The notes under the pieces are model-generated. The model did no database searches and was not told where the DNA came from. It saw only the letters and a list, made by a program, of their open reading frames with translations. This document shows, piece after piece, positions 1 to 9,137 of a stretch of 64,000 nucleotides of DNA. The stretch is from positions 1,171,328 to 1,235,327 of the forward strand of contig OZ245018.1 of NCBI GenBank assembly GCA_965223825.1. Reading direction: 5' to 3'. The position numbers were made by a program, and so were the translations under genes. The stretch is from Gammaproteobacteria bacterium (lineage in GTDB: Bacteria; Pseudomonadota; Gammaproteobacteria; CAJXQU01). Each line of letters begins with the position of its first letter. The stretch's first letter is position 1.

Positions 1-28
1 CTTCTTGTATCCAAAGTAAAATACATGT

Positions 29-43
29 TGGCATAGCTTCTGC
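29..43 (+). promoter_or_regulatory. sigma54 (-24/-12) promoter upstream of flgJ
   Basis: TGGCATAGCTTCTGC: GG(30-31)-N10-GC(42-43), 36 nt before the flgJ ATG. Confidence 0.7.
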
Positions 44-79
44 ATAAACTCACGCAAGTGAAACTGGACAGGAACTAGC

Positions 80-1180
80 ATGACGCCAAATTCTGCAAAC
101 TCTCGGGTATATACGGACTTTTCCGGCCTGGCAAATTTAAAAGCTGCTGCAAAAACGGAGTCGCCAGAGGCGATAAAGCAAGTGGCGAAGGAGTTCGAGG
201 CTTCGTTCGTAGAGATGATGATGAAAAGTCTACGCGATGCGAGCGAGTCGGAGGGTATGCTCGATAACGAAGCGACGCGTATGTATCAGGATATGTTTGA
301 TAAACAGATCGCGGTGGATATCTCTGAGCGTGGTGAGATGGGCATCGCACAGGTGATTGAGAAACAATTGACCAAAGGTCATCAAGCACCGGAAGCGCCA
401 AAAGAACAAATGCCGACGATTGAAAGAGGTCTGTCTGGTTTTGGGCCGTCGAATCAGATCAGACAATTACATGAGCGCGCAAATAATCCATTTAATTCGA
501 CGGGTCTTATTACTGAAAAAGCGCCGTTTGATCTGAATGACAACGTGAATAAATCCACAGCGCAAGTGCAGCCGTTAATTGATCTCAATCAACGATCACG
601 TTCAATTTACGATCAGGCTCGACAAGCGCAAACCGACAAAGCGGTACGCATTCGGGAAGTGAATGTCACGTTGCGCGATGATCCTGTGGCGAACCGAACG
701 ACCTTCAGAACGCCAGAAGAATTTATCGAAACGCTGCGCCCTCATGCTGAGAAAGCGGCAGAAGAATTAGGTGTGAACCCGAATATTTTGATCGCACAGG
801 CAGCGTTAGAAACCGGTTGGGGGAAAAAGGTGATCAAGCATCCAAACGGTGAGACAAGTTATAACTTGTTTGGCATCAAGGCGAATCGGTCTTGGGATGG
901 TGATGCGGTGAGAGTGGGATCGTTAGAGTATCGAAATGGGATCGCTCGACGTGAAGTTTCCCCGTTCCGCGCATATTCCTCGTTTGAAGATAGCTTTAAA
1001 GATTACGTGGACTTTATTAAGAATCAGCCACGTTATGGCGATGCGATCGACAATGCTGGCAACAGCAAATCGTATATAAAAGAACTGCAACAAGCCGGTT
1101 ACGCTACCGATCCGAATTACGCTCGGAAGGTGATTAATATTATGGAACGCGAAAGTTTAAAACCGGCGTGGACAGGGTAA
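80..1180 (+). CDS. flgJ: Flagellar rod assembly protein / peptidoglycan hydrolase FlgJ
   Basis: N-terminal rod-binding motif (VAKEFEASFVEMMMKSLR, MFDKQIA); C-terminal GH73 motifs AQAALETGWG, NLFGIKA, GYATDPNY; precedes flgK. Confidence 0.95.
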   Translation: MTPNSANSRVYTDFSGLANLKAAAKTESPEAIKQVAKEFEASFVEMMMKSLRDASESEGMLDNEATRMYQDMFDKQIAVDISERGEMGIAQVIEKQLTKGHQAPEAPKEQMPTIERGLSGFGPSNQIRQLHERANNPFNSTGLITEKAPFDLNDNVNKSTAQVQPLIDLNQRSRSIYDQARQAQTDKAVRIREVNVTLRDDPVANRTTFRTPEEFIETLRPHAEKAAEELGVNPNILIAQAALETGWGKKVIKHPNGETSYNLFGIKANRSWDGDAVRVGSLEYRNGIARREVSPFRAYSSFEDSFKDYVDFIKNQPRYGDAIDNAGNSKSYIKELQQAGYATDPNYARKVINIMERESLKPAWTG

Positions 1181-1258
1181 TGCGTAAAGTGAATTTAGTG
1201 ATTAGACAAACGAAGAAAGCATCTGATCACATTAATGTGTTAGCACAGGAGGCTAACG

Positions 1259-2893
1259 ATGGCTGATATTCTCGGGATAGGCATTTCAGGATTAAATGCT
1301 GCACAACGTGCGTTATCAACGACGGGAAATAATATTTCTAACGTCAATACGCCCGGTTACACACGACAACGGGTCGATTTGTCCACGCGACAAGACCAAA
1401 ATGTGGGCGGCTTGGCCGTCGGCAAAGGGGTTGATGTGGAAAGTATCAACCGTGTGATGAATGAATTCCTGACCACAAATGTTCGCAACAGCGGAACTAA
1501 TGTTGGCCAGATGACAAGTTACAACACGTATTCATCGCAAATTGATGGGATTTTATCGGATGATGTGTCAGGTCTTTCATCGAGCTTGCAGAGTTTTTTT
1601 GATGCGGTCAATGGCGTCGCAGATGATCCGGCATCAGTGCCCGCACGGCAAGCGATGCTGTCGCAGGCGGAATCCTTAACCGCTAAATTTAATACGCTGA
1701 ATTCCCAGCTTGATCAATTCAACACCGGCGTGAATTCGGAGTTACGAGCGAATGTCGCACGTGTGAATGAGCTGACCCGTAATATTGCGGAGATCAATCA
1801 AAACATTTCGCAATTGAATGGTCGTTCAGATGGGAATGGTTCAAACAGTCTCTATGATCAGCGCGAACAGGCTTTGAATGAATTAGCCTCGTTAGTGGGC
1901 GTGAATTCGACCCAGAACAGTGACGGAACGGTTTCCGTGATGACGACCAGCGGTCAGGTTTTAGTTAGTGGCGTGACGAATATTGAGCTTGATACCAAAC
2001 CCGATCAACTTAATCCATCGCAACTGGATGTGACGTACCGCGTCGGTGGCTCGGACGTGGTGGTGACAAATACGCTATCCGGTGGTGAGATTGGTGGGCT
2101 GATCGAAGTCCGTGAAGACGTCATCGACGAAACCCGAAATGCACTTGGACGACTCGGCGCAGGTTTGGCCTTAGCATTCAATTCGCAACAAGCCTTGGGT
2201 GAAGATCTTGACGGTGTGACAGGTGTGGACTTATTCAGTTTGCCGAGTCCATCGGTCGCTGCCAATGCGGGTGTGACGGGGGTGTTAGATGTTAGCTTTG
2301 ATCCGGCCAGCATTAGCGATCTGACTACGTCGGATTATCGCGTGAGCTATGACGGCACTAACTACACCGCCACACGTTTATCGGATAACACGCAGGTTTA
2401 CAGCGGCGCAGGTACGGCATTTTCTGTGGATGGTTTGGATTTTAATTTCTCCACCGGTGCGGCGGCGGGCGACACGTATTTAGTCCAGCCGATGCAGCAA
2501 GTGGCCAGACAGATCAGCACCGCGACATCTGATCCTCGCGTGATCGCGGCGGCGGGTGTGGGTACCGGTATTGGTGATAATGCGAATGCTTTAGCCATGG
2601 CGGATCTGCAAGTGAATCGAACATTAGAGGGCGGTAACGCCAGTCTGACCGAGGCATACACGCAATTGATCGGCGATGTGGGGAGTAAAGCACGTCAGGC
2701 AAAAACCGGACTGGAATCGATGGAGGCTGTGCAGGCGAGCGCGATCGAAGCGCGCGACAGTGTGTCAGGTGTTAGTCTCGATGAAGAGGCGGCAGATCTG
2801 CTTAAGTTCCAGCAAGCGTATCAAGCGGCAGCGCGCGTGATCGCCGTCGGTAACGAAATCTTCGGCACCTTATTGCAAGCGACAGGGAGATAA
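1259..2893 (+). CDS. flgK: Flagellar hook-associated protein 1
   Basis: GLNAAQRALSTTGNNISNVNTPGYTRQRV N-terminus; SGVSLDEEAADLLKFQQAYQAAARVI C-terminus. Confidence 0.97.
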   Translation: MADILGIGISGLNAAQRALSTTGNNISNVNTPGYTRQRVDLSTRQDQNVGGLAVGKGVDVESINRVMNEFLTTNVRNSGTNVGQMTSYNTYSSQIDGILSDDVSGLSSSLQSFFDAVNGVADDPASVPARQAMLSQAESLTAKFNTLNSQLDQFNTGVNSELRANVARVNELTRNIAEINQNISQLNGRSDGNGSNSLYDQREQALNELASLVGVNSTQNSDGTVSVMTTSGQVLVSGVTNIELDTKPDQLNPSQLDVTYRVGGSDVVVTNTLSGGEIGGLIEVREDVIDETRNALGRLGAGLALAFNSQQALGEDLDGVTGVDLFSLPSPSVAANAGVTGVLDVSFDPASISDLTTSDYRVSYDGTNYTATRLSDNTQVYSGAGTAFSVDGLDFNFSTGAAAGDTYLVQPMQQVARQISTATSDPRVIAAAGVGTGIGDNANALAMADLQVNRTLEGGNASLTEAYTQLIGDVGSKARQAKTGLESMEAVQASAIEARDSVSGVSLDEEAADLLKFQQAYQAAARVIAVGNEIFGTLLQATGR

Positions 2894-2896
2894 TCC

Positions 2897-4054
2897 ATGA
2901 GAATATCAACGTCACAATATTATAATTCTTCACTGGCCGGCTTAAATCGGCAGAATGCTGAATTGAATACGATCCAAAAGCAGATCGCGACTGGATCTAA
3001 AGTGCAAACGGCGGCAGATAACCCCGCGGATGCGGCACGTATTGTTGAGCTGAATCGGAATATCGAACGAAATGAGCAGTATCAACAAAATCAGGATGTC
3101 GCATTCAATCGCTTATCGCAATCTGAAACCGTGTTATCCGCGGTGGATGCAGCCATTCAACGCGCTACAAATTTAATCGCGAATAGCCCAACGGCGGCGA
3201 GTAATACGCGTGTACAAATTGCGCAGCAACTAAAAGACGAATTAGCCATCGTGGTTGATCTGGCAAACACACGCGATACCAATGGCGATTATTTGTATGC
3301 GGGACACCAAGTTGATCAAAAACCGTATTCAACCGATGTTTTAGGCAATGTCGTCAGTAATGGTGATGAAGGACAGCGGCAAATTCAGATCGCGGATCAT
3401 CGTCGTGTGAGTGATGGGGATTCCGGTTTTGCGGTTTTTCAGACGATCCAATCGACGCCAAATGCCGCGAATGCAGGAACAGGTGCATTGAATCGTGGCC
3501 AGGTGATCGATGCATCAGCCTTAACCGGGAATGATTACACGCTGACATACACTGCTGGAACGAATACGGTTGATGTTGTGGATAACGTCACGGCGGCAAC
3601 AGTTTACAGTGGAACCTATACGCCCGGTGGTGCGATCACATTTGATGGCTTAAGCATTTCCTTGAACGGTACCCCTTCTGATGGTGATAATTTCACCCTG
3701 AGTGAAGCTTCCATGTTTAGCACCTTGGAAGATGTGATCGCGACCTTGGACAACCCGGCGGCAACAGCAGCCGATATTCGAACTGCGGTTGATCAAGCGG
3801 CTGCAGAGCTCGCGCTGGAATCGGAGAATTTGACCGAAGTCAGAAATAGTATTGCCAGCCGAATGAGCATGATCAACACCGAGCAAGAAATTAACACGAC
3901 CATGTCGGAGTTAATGAAAGATCACCGATCAGAGTTGAACGATGTGGATATGACAGAGGCGGTTTTACGTCTGCAACAATTCCAAACATCACTGCAAGCG
4001 GCCCAACAAGCGTTTGCACAAACCCAGCAATTGAGTTTATTTAATTATCTCTAA
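2897..4054 (+). CDS. flgL: Flagellar hook-associated protein 3
   Basis: MRIST start, NTRDTNGDYLYAG motif, LSLFNYL end; directly after flgK. Confidence 0.95.
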   Translation: MRISTSQYYNSSLAGLNRQNAELNTIQKQIATGSKVQTAADNPADAARIVELNRNIERNEQYQQNQDVAFNRLSQSETVLSAVDAAIQRATNLIANSPTAASNTRVQIAQQLKDELAIVVDLANTRDTNGDYLYAGHQVDQKPYSTDVLGNVVSNGDEGQRQIQIADHRRVSDGDSGFAVFQTIQSTPNAANAGTGALNRGQVIDASALTGNDYTLTYTAGTNTVDVVDNVTAATVYSGTYTPGGAITFDGLSISLNGTPSDGDNFTLSEASMFSTLEDVIATLDNPAATAADIRTAVDQAAAELALESENLTEVRNSIASRMSMINTEQEINTTMSELMKDHRSELNDVDMTEAVLRLQQFQTSLQAAQQAFAQTQQLSLFNYL

Positions 4055-4250
4055 GTGATTAGCGAGTTAATTCGAAATAAACCGACTGAAATCGACGAGT
4101 AAAATATCATTATTATTTTATATTGATCACAATTGTGTATTACCACGGCAATGTCTTGGAAAGAGAGAACGCAGCCTTTAAGATAGGCAAAAGTCGGCTT
4201 AAAGGCGATTTCTGATTTTTTCTGGGGAGAACGATTAGTGGGGATTATCA

Positions 4251-5282
4251 ATGGCGTCTGTAAAGCCTTCCTATAATACCGAGCGCAGCATGCTGGGTGA
4301 GCAGTTACCATTAGGAGCACCGTTCTCCGTTATTCTAGATGTTAGCGAGCGTTGCAATTTTAAATGCAGCTATTGCTTCCGCGCAGGTAAAATAGACGAA
4401 AGCTGGGGGTTTGCCGCCGCGCGCTCTATCATGTCGTTGGAAACATTCCAACGAGCCGCACAACAACTTAAAGATTTCCCGCAAAAAATTAAACTGATCT
4501 CATTATCCGGTCATGGCGAACCGATGACGAACCCGTTACTTGCAGAAATGGTACGTTATTTATATGTATTGGATGTGGCTGATGAAATTGATATGCACAC
4601 CAATGCATCCCTCCTGAATGATAAAAATATTGCTCCGATCGCAGGGGCAGGTTTTACTAGAATCGTTGTTTCACTTCAAGGCGTGGATGCGGCATCGTAT
4701 CGAAAAACCTGTGCGGCAAAAATTGATTTTGAAAAGTTTTATGGTTATCTGCAGAAACTGTATGCGATCAAAGACGATCGCTTAAAGCTACATATCAAGG
4801 TTGCTGATGTTGCGCTTGGAGAAAATCAGTTATTCAAAGAAAACCAACAAAAGTTTTACGATCTTTTTGGGCCGATTGCCGATCGTGTCTATGTTGAAAA
4901 AACAGTACCTATTTGGGATAACATCGATATCGCAACCGATGGCGTGACGAATAAATTCGATCAAGCGACGGGGGGAACGGATTACTGTTCTCTCGTGTTT
5001 TATAAGCTAATGGTCGATCCCGACGGGGAAATCTATCCATGTACACGCTTACCGCCCCCCATGAGCTTGGGTAATATCTCTGAAACGACACTGCGAGAGG
5101 CGTGGCTGGGCGATCTACGAACGGAATTTTTAAAAGAACATTTGTGTGTTACAAGACAAAAACACAAACCATGTGAAAGTTGTTTCATTCCTATTAATTC
5201 GATTACGTCTCCGAAAGATACGATCGATTCGTATAAAGATGAGATCTTAGATCGGTTCGAGAAAGTATTGGCCGATGAGTGA
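4251..5282 (+). CDS. Radical SAM protein with C-terminal SPASM/twitch-like domain
   Basis: CNFKCSYC (CX3CX2C), SGHGEP, and C-terminal YC..., DGEIYPC, LGNI...L.EAW, CESC. Confidence 0.9.
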   Translation: MASVKPSYNTERSMLGEQLPLGAPFSVILDVSERCNFKCSYCFRAGKIDESWGFAAARSIMSLETFQRAAQQLKDFPQKIKLISLSGHGEPMTNPLLAEMVRYLYVLDVADEIDMHTNASLLNDKNIAPIAGAGFTRIVVSLQGVDAASYRKTCAAKIDFEKFYGYLQKLYAIKDDRLKLHIKVADVALGENQLFKENQQKFYDLFGPIADRVYVEKTVPIWDNIDIATDGVTNKFDQATGGTDYCSLVFYKLMVDPDGEIYPCTRLPPPMSLGNISETTLREAWLGDLRTEFLKEHLCVTRQKHKPCESCFIPINSITSPKDTIDSYKDEILDRFEKVLADE

Positions 5283-6516
5283 AAAGGTAAATTTTGCATG
5301 GCCCGTCACATCGGAAAATGCGCTGGTCTATCAACACTTCCAATCTGAGGTTGATCGACTCGCTAACATTTTAGTTGTTAACCGTATTGTGGTGTTTGGT
5401 GCCGGTATTCGTGGTTGTTGTTTACTTGAAATTTTAGAAAAAAAAGGTTTTGTAAATATTGTCTTTTGTGATAACAACCCTGAAAAACAAGGTAATTTAA
5501 TCAACCACTATGACATTCTTTCGCTGGAAGCGGTTTTGGATTATAGCAACGATCAGGTTTTCCTTATCGCACCAGAAAACAGCCAGTCAATGAGTGAACA
5601 ACTAAACCATTCCGGTTTAAAAGAAGATCAGGATTGGTTCTCTTTTGATATCTCTGTTTATGATGCTTACATTGCTGAATACCATCGGACTGCTTCTAAT
5701 CCATTATTGGTCATGGGTGACTGCGCTTTTTCACATATATCTTTAAATGATGAAAATACTGATCCCCTTGGAAATATGATTAAAGCACAGCTAGGAAGTG
5801 AGCGATGTAAAGTGCTAGCAATGCATGGGATTGGTCACCAAGCAAATTATCATATTATAAATGCCTTGCTTGATCAGGGAGAACGTCCGTCTTCGGTCTT
5901 ATTATTAACGGTGCTGGAAGTATTAACACCCAAAGCGCACATCATGCCTCGGACGCAACATCCGACCCTTATTCAAAACCTAGCCAACACTGTTAAGAAT
6001 CCGAGAGAGTCGTTCATCGACTATGCAAAACTAACTGAAGAAAGGTTTAATCGTTTTCAAGTAGAGTCATTTGCATTATCGACTAATACTTCAAAGTCAG
6101 CTGATGATACAAGTGAAAAGCTATTTATGAAAATGAATTACCTTTTCAAACTTCGTGAAGAAACTGAAGGTGTCGTATATCTAAAAAAAATCATCAGATT
6201 GTTCAATGAACTCGATATTCCGATCACGTTGTATATACCACCTGTGAACTATGAACAGGGTGCACGATATTTCAGTTCGGATTTTAAAACTCAATATGAA
6301 GCTAATTTTGGAAAATTGTTCCAATATTTAGACAATGAGGATTTAAAATACAGTGTTGTCGATGCAAGTTACCTACTTAATGACATTGATTTTGCTGCAG
6401 CAAACACAATTGATGAAACGTCGAACTACATCGGTCGCAAAAAGCAACTGTCGTTCTTAAGTCGATTTGAACCATTTAAACAGTTGTCGGGGCAGGTAGG
6501 GGAATATTGTGATTAA
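5275..6516 (+). CDS. Rossmann-like N-domain fused to an SGNH/DltD-like domain (putative acyl/aminoacyl transferase)
   Basis: VVFGAGIRG...FCDNN N-domain; LLVMGDC resembles SGNH block I GDS; LYIPPVNY and IDETSNYIG resemble the late SGNH blocks; overlaps the genes on both sides. Confidence 0.5.
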   Translation: MSEKVNFAWPVTSENALVYQHFQSEVDRLANILVVNRIVVFGAGIRGCCLLEILEKKGFVNIVFCDNNPEKQGNLINHYDILSLEAVLDYSNDQVFLIAPENSQSMSEQLNHSGLKEDQDWFSFDISVYDAYIAEYHRTASNPLLVMGDCAFSHISLNDENTDPLGNMIKAQLGSERCKVLAMHGIGHQANYHIINALLDQGERPSSVLLLTVLEVLTPKAHIMPRTQHPTLIQNLANTVKNPRESFIDYAKLTEERFNRFQVESFALSTNTSKSADDTSEKLFMKMNYLFKLREETEGVVYLKKIIRLFNELDIPITLYIPPVNYEQGARYFSSDFKTQYEANFGKLFQYLDNEDLKYSVVDASYLLNDIDFAAANTIDETSNYIGRKKQLSFLSRFEPFKQLSGQVGEYCD

Positions 6517-8029
6517 TGTATTGGAGTACCTACAAGCCACAGCAGAAAAATTCCCTAATAAAGTAGCTTTCAGAGATGAGAATAAAAAATTAACTTTTGC
6601 ACAATTGAATCAACAAAGCCAAGATTTTGCATATCGCCTAGTGGATGCATTAGAAGAGAAGGTTCGACAACCCGTTGCTATTTTTTTACCAAAAAGTGTT
6701 GATTGTATCGTTGCTATTTCAGCAACCCTCTACAGTGGTAATTTCTACAGTCCAATCGATACAACGATGCCGAAAGAAAGGTTAAAGAAACTATTCGATA
6801 ACCTTCGTCCTGCTATAATAATAACGAACTCTGATTGCATTGAAGCACTTAAAACGGTTTCACCTGACGCAAGCCTGATAAACATTAGTCAACTGTCGGG
6901 CATGGAATCAAAAAAAAGATCGTTAAAGAACATTCAATGCAAAGTTATTGACGCCGATCCAGTTTATGTCATGTTTACCTCTGGTTCGACAGGTGTACCA
7001 AAAGGTGTTGTTGTTAGTCATCGGTCTGTGATTGATTATATTGAATGGTTGTCAGTAACATTTACTTTTGATGAACGAACGATCTTGGGTAATCAAGCCC
7101 CGTTATTTTTTGATAACTCTATTTTAGATGTCTACACTACATTTAAGAATGCATGTGAAACGGTCATTATTCCAGAAGAAAAGTTTCTCTCACCTAAACG
7201 GCTTTGTCATTATTTACAGGATAAAGAGATCAATTCAATATTTTGGGTGCCGTCAGCATTAGTGTTGATAGCAAACTCGGGTGTGTTAAAAAATAATGCG
7301 CCGGAAAAGTTAAGTCAGATCCTGTTTTGTGGAGAAGTCATGCCAACGAAACATCTGAATACGTGGAGACAAGCAGTCCCAAATGCTCAGTACGCAAATC
7401 TGTATGGACCTACTGAGATTACTGATGTTTGTGCCTATTTTATTATTGATCGAGACTTTAATGATGCTGAGAAGTTACCAATAGGGCATGCCTGCAGGAA
7501 TGCAGAAATCATTGTGTTGAATGAAGATAATAAAAAAGTACTAAACAGTGAAAGTGGTGAGTTGTGCGTAAGAGGGGCATGTTTATCTAGCGGATATTAC
7601 GGAAATATGGAAGTAAGTGCTGATTCATTCATGCAGAACCCGTTAAATACATTATATGAAGATAAAATTTATCGGACGGGCGATCTTGTTTATTATAACG
7701 AACGTGGAGAGTTAGTCTATTTAGGCCGCAAAGATAACCAGATCAAACACCTGGGCTATCGCATCGAATTAGGTGAGATTGAAAGCATTACAATCTCACA
7801 TAACAAAATCAAAAACTGCTGTGCAATGTATGATAGAGATAGTCAGCAGATCATACTGGCTATCACACCAGAGGATGTTGATAAAATTGAATTATATAAT
7901 CATTTGAAAATAGGGTTGCCACGTTACATGTTACCCAGTCTTATCAAGTCGTTACCTAGTCTCCCGCTGAATGCAAATAGTAAAATAGATCGGTTAAAAA
8001 CCTTTGAATTAATGCAGTCTGTTAAATAG
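6509..8029 (+). CDS. Stand-alone amino-acid adenylation enzyme, DltA-like (GTG start)
   Basis: YVMFTSGSTGVPKGV, QAPLFFDNS, FCGE, NLYGPTE, YRTGDL, GRKDNQIKHLGYRIELGEIE, LNANSKIDR. Confidence 0.9.
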   Translation: MINVLEYLQATAEKFPNKVAFRDENKKLTFAQLNQQSQDFAYRLVDALEEKVRQPVAIFLPKSVDCIVAISATLYSGNFYSPIDTTMPKERLKKLFDNLRPAIIITNSDCIEALKTVSPDASLINISQLSGMESKKRSLKNIQCKVIDADPVYVMFTSGSTGVPKGVVVSHRSVIDYIEWLSVTFTFDERTILGNQAPLFFDNSILDVYTTFKNACETVIIPEEKFLSPKRLCHYLQDKEINSIFWVPSALVLIANSGVLKNNAPEKLSQILFCGEVMPTKHLNTWRQAVPNAQYANLYGPTEITDVCAYFIIDRDFNDAEKLPIGHACRNAEIIVLNEDNKKVLNSESGELCVRGACLSSGYYGNMEVSADSFMQNPLNTLYEDKIYRTGDLVYYNERGELVYLGRKDNQIKHLGYRIELGEIESITISHNKIKNCCAMYDRDSQQIILAITPEDVDKIELYNHLKIGLPRYMLPSLIKSLPSLPLNANSKIDRLKTFELMQSVK

Positions 8030-8039
8030 AAACTTTAAA

Positions 8040-8273
8040 ATGATAGAAGATAAAGTATTAGCTCTTCTCAGGGAGCTAAAGCCCTATGAGAAAATTAAAG
8101 AAGATACTGAATTAATAAAAAGTGGAATATTAGATTCGCTAGCTATTTTTAGCCTAGTCACTGAATTAGAGGATGAGTTTAAAATCGAAATTGATGAAGA
8201 TGAAATAACGGCGGCTAACTTTTCAACCCCTTTGCATATTGAAACCCTTATTACAAACAGTAATAAAGTATAG
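8040..8273 (+). CDS. Acyl/aminoacyl carrier protein (DltC-like)
   Basis: GILDSLA phosphopantetheine motif; 77 aa, acidic; directly after the adenylation gene. Confidence 0.9.
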   Translation: MIEDKVLALLRELKPYEKIKEDTELIKSGILDSLAIFSLVTELEDEFKIEIDEDEITAANFSTPLHIETLITNSNKV

Positions 8274-8287
8274 ATAACGAGACGACT

Positions 8288-9133
8288 GTGGTAATAGAAC
8301 CTAACTCACCTATAGAATTAAAATCAAAACTATCAAAACGATCAGTAATATTATTTGGTGCAGGGGGACTTGGGTTAAAAATAGCTAAATATTGTTCTTC
8401 AACAGATATTGAAATAGTCGGCTTTGCAGATTCCCATGCGACAGGCATGGTGGAAGGCTATGAAATATATTCACCGCAAAAGTTAGTAGAAGAATTTCCA
8501 GATGCACATATCATTATTTCATCAAATATTTTTCATGATGAGATTAAGAATAAGCTATTAGACCTTGGGTTTTCTGAACAACAGCTATTTTCGTACAAAT
8601 TATTTATTAAAAATGAGATAACTTGGAACGATCTAGAAAAAACAGCGAGCTGGAATAGAATGAAGATCCGAGTGAATGAAATATCAACATGGATTGATGA
8701 ACATGATAACTCGGTCATTGATTACGGAGCCGGTGAGATGTTTCTTAAAACATTATTAGCAAATAATGTTAAGTATACTCCCATAGATTATATCAAACGA
8801 AATGAAGAAACCATGTTAGTAGATTTGAATGATGGATTGTTTCCGGATATTCAATCCGACGTGACAGTACTAAGTGGAATCTTAGAATTTCTGACATCAA
8901 CGAATAAATTGTTAGAACATGTTTGTAAGAGAACAAAACGTAAACTAATTTTGAGTTACATGACGTTAGATAAGTTTTCAAACATTAATGACAGACGTGC
9001 ATCAGCCTATATAAATGATTACACTGAAAAAGATTTAATTGAAAAAATAGAGAAACATGGGTTTACTCTTAAAGTGAAAAGAATTGACCCTTCACATCAT
9101 GTAAATACGTTATATTTATTTAATAAGAGTTAG
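8288..9133 (+). CDS. Rossmann-like N-domain plus class I SAM-dependent methyltransferase domain
   Basis: ILFGAGGLG...GFADS N-domain; SVIDYGAG, PIDY, LSGILEF methyltransferase motifs. Confidence 0.7.
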   Translation: MVIEPNSPIELKSKLSKRSVILFGAGGLGLKIAKYCSSTDIEIVGFADSHATGMVEGYEIYSPQKLVEEFPDAHIIISSNIFHDEIKNKLLDLGFSEQQLFSYKLFIKNEITWNDLEKTASWNRMKIRVNEISTWIDEHDNSVIDYGAGEMFLKTLLANNVKYTPIDYIKRNEETMLVDLNDGLFPDIQSDVTVLSGILEFLTSTNKLLEHVCKRTKRKLILSYMTLDKFSNINDRRASAYINDYTEKDLIEKIEKHGFTLKVKRIDPSHHVNTLYLFNKS

Positions 9134-9137
9134 CAAA

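Noticed and set aside
75-4320. Short minus-strand ORFs opposite flgJ, flgK, flgL and the start of the radical SAM gene
   Set aside because: They overlap confident genes on the other strand and show no family motifs.
6509-8273. NRPS or true dlt operon
   Set aside because: There is no condensation domain and no dltB/MBOAT gene, and the host is Gram-negative; treated as a stand-alone aminoacylation cassette.
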